A stretch of 43,779 nucleotides of DNA from Octopus bimaculoides (taxonomy: Eukaryota), in NCBI RefSeq assembly GCF_001194135.2, contig NC_068998.1, forward strand, positions 31,810,781 to 31,854,559, given 5' to 3'. The notes beneath the pieces were generated by a model. That model saw only the letters and a list, made by a program, of their open reading frames with translations, was not told the origin of the DNA and did no database searches. Below are positions 1-8,946 of this stretch, piece by piece. The stretch's first letter is position 1; each line of letters opens with the position of its first letter. Both the position numbers and the translations under genes were made by a program.

Positions 1-389
1 AAATGCTTCAAGTAACTTGTCTCTAAGTCTCTGTCCGTTTGCAGGGTCTTTAAGCTTCCACACCCTTCTCCTCCAAGCCTGTCTAATTCTGGGCACCCAT
101 TTTGCCTTGATCCCAAAGTCGCTAACTACTAATCTATGTTGTGAGGTACATTCTTCGCCAGGGTAGGTTTTGGCATTTATAAGCCGCCCTCTTTCCCTAT
201 TTCTGGCGAGGATGTAGTCGATTTGGCTAGAGTGTCTGCCGGAGCGGTAGGTGACTAGGTGACTGGCAGGTTTCCTGAAGTTGGTATTGCAGACCATAAG
301 ATCGGTTGCATCACAGAACTCCAGCAGTCTGGTTCCCTCCTCGTTGCGGGAACCGAAGCCATAGCCTCCATGTATGCCATGGAAGCCTC
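1..389 (-). mobile_element. RTE-clade LINE fragment (APE endonuclease C-terminal part), continues beyond window start
   Basis: Reverse strand reads GFHGIHGGYGFGSRNEEGTRLLEFCDATDLMVCNTNFRKPASHLVTYRSGRHSSQIDYIL, with a frameshift after it. Clearly paralogous at DNA level to about 11680-12030. Confidence 0.9.
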
Positions 390-696
390 CAGTTAACATA
401 ATTTTAATATATTTTAAAATATATTTTATAAGTGAAAGAGTATTGTGTTTGTCGACCAGTTTCAATTTTACTCATCATGACATTGAAATTATTGTACTTT
501 CGTATTTTTTAAAGATTTTTAGTCCATGTTGTGTATTGGGTAACTCCATACACAACATGGACTAAAATCTTCTTAAGAAAATACAAAATTACTATAATTT
601 CAAAGTCATGATTAGTGAAAGTGTAACTGGTCGACAAACACAGAACTCTTTCACTTATGAAATATATTAAAAGGTATATTAAAACTATGTAAACTG
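390..696. repeat. ~307-bp imperfect palindrome (foldback/MITE-like)
   Basis: Left arm starts cagttaacataattttaatata; the right arm reverse complement starts cagtttacatagttttaatata. Arms of about 150 bp align throughout (ataagtgaaagag, tgtgtttgtcgaccagtt, agtccatgttgtgtat) around a short loop near 540. Confidence 0.9.
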
Positions 697-749
697 TGTG
701 CATTTTCCTTCTTTTTTTCTAGATACATAATTTTTGCATTACAACTTAC

Positions 750-821
750 CATGTGGGGATAATTGAAATTCTACTCCTCCCTTGTCAACACTCCTGTCAC
801 AGCGTAGGACCTTGAAGACTG
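750..821 (-). CDS. Candidate 72-nt internal coding exon of an unidentified host gene (phase 1-1): xVFKVLRCDRSVDKGGVEFQLSPHx
   Basis: Minus strand: acceptor tttcttgcattttag| and donor CATG|gtaagt. Only one of three frames is open; the sequence is non-repetitive. Confidence 0.6.
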
Positions 822-849
822 CTAAAATGCAAGAAAGTATACTAGTCTA

Positions 850-1145
850 TACGAGCGAGATCGTTGCCAGTGCCCCTGGACTGGCTCTTGTGTGGGTGGC
901 ACATAAAATACACCATTTTGAGCGTGGCCATTGCCAGTACCGCCTGACTGGCCTTCGTGCGGGTGACACGTAAAAGCACCCACTACACTCTCTGAGTGGT
1001 TAGCGTTAGGAAGGGCATCCAGCTGTAGAAACTCTGCCAAATCAGATTGGAGGCCTGTGTTGCCATCTGGTTTCGCCAGTCCTCAGTCAAATTGTCCAAC
1101 CCATGCTAGCATGAAAAGCGGACGTTAAATGATGATGATGATGAT
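850..1145 (+). mobile_element. 3' UTR/tail of the RTE LINE family, ending in (GAT)n
   Basis: Reverse complement of about 8947-9230 (gcgttaggaagggcatccagctgtagaaactctgccaaatcagattgg ... gacgttaaatgatgatgatg). Confidence 0.85.
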
Positions 1146-1399
1146 ATATATATATATATATATATATGTATTATGTGGTAATGCTTCAACAAGTAGAAAA
1201 GCACTCGATTCAGCTAAAGGAGTGAAAATAAGTGCTTAAATTAAAAACCACAAATTTTGCAATTATATCTATCTATACTACGCTAAAAAGGTGGGGGCAA
1301 ACCTTAAAACTTTCTGAAACCTATTCTTATGACTAGATGATAGAGGTAAAGGAGTGGGGTAGGGGAGTGGTTGTTGTAGATTTTATTAGTAAAATGTAG

Positions 1400-1925
1400 G
1401 TAGAAGATTCTTGCACTTAGTATATTTCCACTTCTCAAGAACCCATAGATACAGTAAAATCTTTAATAGATACACAATAAAAGTTACCTTTTCTTGTCCT
1501 CCTAATGTTAAGTCATATATCAATAAACAATGTATGACTCAAGCCTGCCCCAGATGCACATGTAAAGACAAATCTAAATGTCTTCTAGGACAGTAGTGCA
1601 GTATATCTTTTGTTGTTTATGAAGCACAGGTTTCAGCAAACTATGACAATAGTCATATAAATATTAAACATAATATTAGAGTCATGGAAGGAAAATTTAA
1701 ATCTAGATGTATCTTTTGAAATTTAGGTACCATGATAAGAGAAATTCAACTACTCTTTCAGCTTTAATCTGGAAACTTAAAGACAAAGGAATGAATTTCA
1801 ATATCAAATGGAAAATCCTTTCTAAATCCAGACCCTGTATCAGCAGGTCTAAAAAATGTTCAGTGTGTTTACTTGAAAAACTGTTTCTATTAAAACAATT
1901 GAGAACCTTCAATGAATAAAAAATT
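1400..1925 (+). mobile_element. Degenerate Penelope-like element, GIY-YIG region
   Basis: Peptides KIFNRYTIKVTFSCPPNVKSYINK, CTCKDKSKCLLG and RNSTTLSALIWKLKDKGMNFNIKWKILSKSRPCISRSKKCSVCLLEKL match the C-terminal PLE endonuclease pattern. Stops and frameshifts are present. Confidence 0.8.
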
Positions 1926-2383
1926 TGAAAAATTAGATTTTTTTCTTTATGTCCACATTTAAAAAAATACACCTTGTAGAAATTTAAAAGTAGACCACCG
2001 GACACTTAGTAAACCATTAACATTTGGTTTACATCTGCTTGACATCAAATTATTGTAACTTTGGTTATCTTCGTTGTGTTTTTCCTTTTCGTCTTCTTTT
2101 TTTGTAAGTGTGTCTTGTTTAAACGTTATCTGTTCAAAAGACAGCTGCGAAACAGTTTTGCTTTCAACTTGATAAATGGCAGAATAAATTATTATCTCAG
2201 TCAGGAAACCCTGGGTAGCTATAATTGCAACATTTGTGGTTTTTAATTTAAGAGTTTGACTAAAAACATTTGAAGGCAGTTTTTGACTAAAAACTCTTTG
2301 ACTAAAAACTCTTGATTTTGACTAAAAACTCATGGCCTCAGTCAAATGACAAACAAGTAAAAGAATAAAAAGAGATATATGTA

Positions 2384-2606
2384 CAATAATCCCTTGACTA
2401 TCATGGGTGTTACATTCCAAAACCTCATGTGATAGGTGAAAATCTGTGAAGTAGTAATAGTATTGTACTGTATATCTTTTAAAATTATTTTTATAATTTG
2501 CATATATTTGTTTTATTATCAATGCGAAACAACACCATTGAGGAATTGATGTAAGCTAAAATAATAAACCATGATAGGTGAATCATGATATGGCAAGGGA
2601 TTACAT
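2384..2606. mobile_element. Tigger/pogo-like (Tc1-mariner superfamily) MITE, CpG-decayed
   Basis: TA|caataatcccttgactatcatg at left and catgatatggcaagggattac at right form TIRs. The internal motif gtgataggtgaa is repeated. No ORF. Confidence 0.7.
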
Positions 2607-3417
2607 TTTGTATGTATGTATCTGTAGAAGTCTGTAGGTGTAGGTATATTTGGATATACATTTATGCATATACATTTAGACAAAATGTATATGAGTGTGT
2701 ATTGGTGCATATATATGTTCACACATATTTATATATGCTTATCCTTAATGCATGTGTGCATAAATATATATTCCTGAGTGAGTATATCTAGATAACTCTA
2801 TACTTGTGTAATTATCTAATTTTGCTGACGATGAATTTTTGTTTATATTCTTTTTTATTCTTTGCTTGGTGTATAACTTTCATCTCTTTGATCTTAAATT
2901 TCTTACTTTATCAGAAATTAATTGGTCACTTTCTAGCATCATTGTTATTGACAACCCTTCTGATTTATGCACAATGCATCTGCTGCCTCTTTAAAGTCAA
3001 CAAGGACCTTGTAATATTTATCATTATCTGTATGGTATGTTCTTGCATCCATATATTTGATTACCTTCAGGAGAACTTGATGCGCATTTGTTTTGTACAG
3101 TAGAATCATACACAGATGATGACAAATTAATCACTTTATTTTTAACTTGTTCTTTAATTGTTGGTATTTTGTGGTTGTTGTATCATGTACTTTTGCTTCA
3201 TATGAATTTATGTGTAGTGACAAACATTTTTCAGTAACTATGTTGGCATGTAATATACCTTATGAATGAATTTCTAAACAGTTGGCTATATGTCAAGTCT
3301 TATAGAAATACATCAATAATAATTTATATTTCTATATATATATATATGGTGCATCAGCATGGCCACAGTCTTAAGGTTGAAACATGTAAAAGAATAAAAG
3401 TATATATATATAAGTTC

Positions 3418-3575
3418 ATGCATGGCTGTGTGTTAATAAGTTTGCTTCCCAACTACATGGTTCTGGGTTCAGTTCCACTGTGTGGCACCTTGGGCGAGTG
3501 TCTTCTACTATAGCCTCTAAGTGACCGAAGCCTTGTGGGCAGATTTGGTAAACAACAGTTGTGTGGAATCCTGTC

Positions 3576-3615
<40 letters not shown>

Positions 3616-3782
3616 ATGTGCGTGCGACTTTTTGTTTGCCTTGGCACTGTCTGACAACTGGTGTTGGTTTGTGTGTCTGTAACTTTGTGGGTCAAGAAAA
3701 AGTGACCCATAGAATAGATATCAGATTTAGAAAATTAGTTCTAGGATTGATTTGCTCAACTAAACCCTTGGAGTACGGTGCA
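3418..3782 (+). mobile_element. tRNA-derived SINE family 1 (internal GT microsatellite)
   Basis: Pol III-type head (tggctgtgtgtt ... gggttcagttcc) and body homologous to 5150-5575. Confidence 0.8.
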
Positions 3783-3797
3783 GCCTCCTCGCTTGCC

Positions 3798-3850
3798 AGT
3801 CAAACCGTCCAACGTGGGCTAGCATGGAAAGGAGACGTTAAATGATGATG
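3798..3850 (+). mobile_element. RTE-family 3' tail stub ending (GAT)n at an assembly gap
   Basis: cagtcaaaccgtccaac ... gctagcatggaaaggagacgttaaatgatgatg matches about 1085-1145. Confidence 0.7.
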
Positions 3851-5149
3851 NNNNNNNNNNNNNNNNNNNNNNNNNNNNNNNNNNNNNNNNNNNNNNNNNN
3901 NNNNNNNNNNNNNNNNNNNNNNNNNNNNNNNNNNNNNNNNNNNNNNNNNNNNNNNNNNNNNNNNNNNNNNNNNNNNNNNNNNNNNNNNNNNNNNNNNNNN
4001 NNNNNNNNNNNNNNNNNNNNNNNNNNNNNNNNNNNNNNNNNNNNNNNNNNNNNNNNNNNNNNNNNNAAAATTACAGGTAAAAACTCAATTAAAATCAATT
4101 TATTAAAAATTAAAATTAAATTAAGCTTCACAGTATAAAATATATATTAATATATAGTATTAAGGAAAAGAACCAAGGTTTATGAACTCATCGATGAAAA
4201 TCCACTGTCACATTTAGAAAAAATTTATAATTAAAAGTACAATAAATAAGTATAATATAATGCAAAGTAAATATCATAAGATCAAGATGATAAATATATA
4301 TATATATATATATATACATACATACATATATATACGCACATATAGATACATGGAATCTCATTTATATATGAGATTCCATGCAAAATCTAGAAAAGGGCTC
4401 AATAGACCTATCTAAGCCAAAATCGATAACAGATAAAATATATAATTTGAATGGAATGCATATTTTCTCCTGGGTGTGACTAAATTTCTGTGTCGTAAAT
4501 GCATATAAATATACGCAACATGCATTCACTTGATTATCAAGATCCCCAAAAGTTAGTTGTTTATATACAAGTGTTTATATTGAGATCAACAAATATATAC
4601 ATACATATATAGCATTGAAATTTACAGAAAAACAAAAGATGAAAACGTGTGTAAGAACAACAAGCAGGTTTGTTGCTCGGGAAAGTGAGAAGGTCTTTTA
4701 CGTTTTGAGTCTATGCTCTTCAATAGAAAGGAATACAAGAAAATAAGCGGAGGGAGAATAAAAAACTTGTGGGTTTACCACAAATAATATGTATAAAGAA
4801 AATCATAACTTTATTTTAGATTTCACGTTAAAAATCCAACAATTGTTTCAATTGCATTAACATATATATACATATATATATATACACACATATACATGCA
4901 CGTGCGCGCACACACACACACACGCACACACACATAAATATATAGCAATAAAGAAATGGAGGGGAATATGTGGTACTCATCAACTTGCAGACATTGTATT
5001 ATGTCAATTTACCTGTTTATTTTTCAATTAAGAGGACAGGACAATAAAACCAATATACAAACACATATGACATATTATGTCATATCAGTAATAAAAATTA
5101 AAAAGGACATCTAGTGACCGATATATATAATCATTAGGCACAGAATTGT

Positions 5150-5307
5150 CAGTGTGGTAAGTAGCTTGCTTACCAACCACATGGTCCAGGGTTCAGTCCC
5201 ACTGCATGGCACCTTGGGCAAGTGTATTCCATTATAGGCTCAGGCCGACCAAAGCCTTGTGAGTGGATTTGGTAGATGGAAACTGGAATAACCCCGTCGT
5301 ATATGTC

Positions 5308-5344
<37 letters not shown>

Positions 5345-5575
5345 GTATATTTGTGTATATGTTTGTGTGTCTGTCTTTGTCGCCCCCCCCCAACATTGCT
5401 TGACAACTGATGCTGGTGTGTTTACATCCCTGTAACTTAGTGGTTCAGCAAAAGAGACTGATAGAATAAGTACTAGGCTTACAAGGAATAAGCTCTGGGG
5501 TCGATTTGCTTGACTGAAGGTGGTGCTCCAGCATGGCTGCAGTCAAATGACTGAAACAAGTAAAAGAAAGAAAAA
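5150..5575 (+). mobile_element. tRNA-derived SINE family 1, near full length
   Basis: A-box-like gtgtggtaag, B-box gggttcagtccc, internal TA/TATG repeat, 3' end cagtcaaatgactgaaacaagtaaaaga. Many paralogues in the window. Confidence 0.9.
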
Positions 5576-6156
5576 TATATATATGTATATATACACACAC
5601 ATAGACAATTTAAAGGATATGAATATTAACTATGATTAAAGTGGCCCATTATTAGTTCTGCACCATCGTATAATATTGGTAATTCTATTTCTTATCGTTG
5701 TCTCGAGAAATGTATTTTATTTCTAAATTAATTTTATTTAATTTTAATGGGCACTTTTTTTAAGATGTTGCCACAAATTTAGAAAGACATTCAAATATTT
5801 CAATTATAAATTATAATATTTTTTTAATTATTATGTAAAACGGTTAATTCCTATAAAAGGGCTTTATATATTGAGTAAATAGATAACACTGGTCAACAAA
5901 ATTAAATGTATTATACTCATTATGAATGCAAACCAACATTTTTAGACTAATTTTTCAAAATTTCACTCCATTTGTATGCAGCATGTATCAGTTTTTCAGT
6001 AGATACATGCAAATATTTACATATTTGTATATATGAAATCATTAACATAATAAATAAGGACAATATCTTTAGAAAGTAAATGAGTTTATTGAGTTAAAAT
6101 CATCACTATCATTCTACAAAGAGTGAATACACAAAAACAAAGTTAGAACAACAGAG

Positions 6157-7783
6157 TTAGAAATATTGTAATTTGGATTTCATGTGGTGTTCCTGATCTG
6201 GTTGATCACGGTAAAGTGTCCAGCAATAGCCAGCCAGCATACTGTCATACCAGAAGCCTTGGTACCGTTTCTCCATAACACTAATGTCCTGGCGAAATCT
6301 TTCACCATGTTCATCAGAAATCTTTCACCATGTTCATCAGAAATCTTTCACCATGTTCATCAGAAATCCAGAAGGGAGTCCAAAAAGTGAACTTTCAGGG
6401 GCATGTGACAACCCATTGCTGAGTAACATTTCAGAAGATACTTGACGCCATCCTTGCAGTCTATTGCCCTCATGTTTCCCAAGAAATTCTCACAGATCCA
6501 ATTGAAAGCATTCCAGGCAGGCAGTTCCAGTTCATCCAGTGTTGTCTTGAAGTTGACATCTTTGAGTATTTCTCTAATTTGGGGTCTGACAAAGATACCC
6601 TCATTCAACTTTTCCTGTGTGATTTTTGGAAACTTTTCTACAATATACTCAAACCCTCTGGCATTTCTCTTCCCTAGTGTCTTTACAAACTGCTTCATCA
6701 GTCCAAGCCTTATGTGCAAAGGAGGCAATAGGACATTACATGGATCTACAAGAAGTGTATTCATGATGCTAAACAGTCCTGGCTGGTATGATGTTCTTAT
6801 CTGCCAGTTTGATTCCAAATGATGTCTGTCAGTTGCCCGACTATCCCACAGACACAAGAAAGTATTTTGTGAAACCTGTCTGCATTCCCATTAACATTCC
6901 AATGACTTTTAAATCTCCACATATTTTCCATTAGTATCTTTCATAGGCAATGGCATGAAATAAAAGTTCCATATTCTCATATGATTCATGAAGATGAGTG
7001 GAGTGTGCAATAGGAACGGAGGGCTTCAAATTACTATTATGGCAAAATACAGCTTTGAAACTTCGTTTTGAAGGGTCAGTAAACAAATGCCACTGTGCAG
7101 GATCAAGATTTTGTAATAAACATTTGAAAAGTAAAGCAGGCCTTCAACAGAAAAACACTGTAAAACCACATTTCTCTGCCAAAAATAAGTTATACAAACA
7201 CTGTCGTCTAGCAGGTACTTCTTCAGTTTTGATGTCAACAATTCAGCTTTATCTTTTGAGTAGGATAGGTCTCTGACAAGGCCATTCAGTTCAGCTTGGG
7301 AAAATTTCTGAGGTTCAAAGCTATTGTCATCAGCTGTTTAATCTTCCTCAGCAGCACTATTGTGACAGTCAGCATCATCATCTGATGTTTCAATACCATC
7401 ATCTGGTGGAACTGGAATTGGCACAGGTCTCATTGCAGAATCCAAATTGAGATACACAATTTTGTGTTTATTCTTCATAGAAAATCCTGTGACATTTAGT
7501 TTGCAAAAACAACAGTCATCAAAATTGTCTTTCGACTCCCTCCATATCATTGGAATGGCAAAAGCATGGACTTATTATTGAACCAGTCATGTAAGCCATT
7601 TGAGCAAGCTGAGTAGATAAAATGTGGTGCCCATAACTTGTCCTGATCTCCAAGAGGACAGTCAAAGTATAGTTTATAAATCTTCTTGGTCTCTGGTGTT
7701 ATTGTACATTTTTGAGCTTTCACAATAAATAGTCCACAGACATAACAAAACACATCAGGACGATTTCTACACTGTCTTGACAT
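6157..7783 (-). pseudogene. DNA transposase pseudogene, Chapaev3/CMC-like
   Basis: N-terminal CRNRPDVFCYVCG-x36-P(HFIYSAC) zinc-finger-like domain, then IPMIWRES..DDCCFC, CLWDSRA, LLPPLHIRLGLMKQFVK, EGIFVRPQIR, KVHFL and C-terminal DEHGERFRQDISVMEKRYQG..MLAGYCW. Multiple frameshifts. Family assignment is from recalled motifs. Confidence 0.8.
6294..6362. repeat. 23-bp unit x3 perfect tandem repeat inside the transposase
   Basis: gaaatctttcaccatgttcatca at 6294, 6317 and 6340. Confidence 0.95.
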
Positions 7784-8158
7784 TGCTAAAACTGTAAAAC
7801 AAGTAAGGAAATAGATACAAACAGTTATACTTATATTGAATTTGAGATGATGAAATATTTCATCAGACCAATTATGACAGGACAATTTGAGATGTTGAAA
7901 TACCTATTTCATCAGATGATGAAATATGGCATCTGAACTATGCAACAATAAATAATGTATTCTATTTTAAAGGTATGTTTTTATGATGTAAATGAAATAC
8001 ATGCAAACACGTCATTAATTGGAAGTTCTATAAATGCATGAGCTAAAACCCAAAAACTTACTCGTCTTGAAAACTGTATGTGATGTCAAAAAAATAATTA
8101 TATATTTGAAATCAGCATTAAAAACTACATTAAGTACACCTTGACATATGCTTATGTG

Positions 8159-8462
8159 TAATTATTGCAATGTAAAGTATCTCAACTTCTATTAAGCATA
8201 CTGTAGAATTCTTATCTGTAATTTTTATTCTTTAGTTATCCAGCAATGTCATCAATAATTGTATATATTTTTAATTATAACAATGCTTCAATTATTATAT
8301 AATAAGGTTATATTCATATAAAAGGGTTTAATATAATAAGTAAATAGGTAATTAATTATTGCAATATAAAGTAACAAAGTTTCTATTAAGCATAATGTAG
8401 AATTTTTGTCTGTAGTTTTTATTCTTTTTTATCTACTGACATCATTAATAATTGTATATAAA
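8159..8462. repeat. ~110-bp diverged direct repeat (8159-8270 and 8353-8462)
   Basis: Both copies read taattattgcaat(g/a)taaagta ... ttctattaagcata(c/a)tgtagaatt ... aataattgtatata. Confidence 0.85.
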
Positions 8463-8887
8463 AATATTCAATTTTTGGTTATTTTTGTATGTAGATTTCA
8501 AATTGTTAAATTGTAGAATTAGTATGGTGTTTTTATCTTTCATTTGGATTTCATCATTGGTGACTTCAGAGTGAAGTCCCCAATAATTGAATCACTTTTC
8601 TTAAATAAATTTATTTTTTATCTTTATTTTTTGTTTTTATTTTTATTTTCATTCTTATTTTTATTTTTATAAAGCAATTTTGTTATTCAATGACATTGCT
8701 ATTGGTTGAATGAATGAAATTCTTAAGTTGAATTTGATTTATACGTTTTTTTTTTTGTTAGCATTTATTAACTGCTAAACTTTTTTCAGATATTCAGTTA
8801 AAATTTCACCAATTTGGATTACTTTGATGATGTATTAACATATTTTCGCAGGTATTATTATTAATGTTTAATAATATTGTCTATATA

Positions 8888-8944
<57 letters not shown>

Positions 8945-8946
8945 AA

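Larger units (their letters stand above)
5887..8140 (-). mobile_element. Approximate extent of the Chapaev3-like element
   Basis: TAA|CACTGGTCAACAAAA at 5884-5901 resembles a CACWG terminus after a TWA site. A subterminal-like motif (gtgatgtcaaaaaa...tttgaaatcagc) lies at about 8080-8118. A matching right TIR was not found. Confidence 0.4.

Noticed and set aside
5150-5225. tRNA genes at SINE heads
   Set aside because: A/B boxes are present but there is no cloverleaf, and they continue into a SINE body repeated many times.
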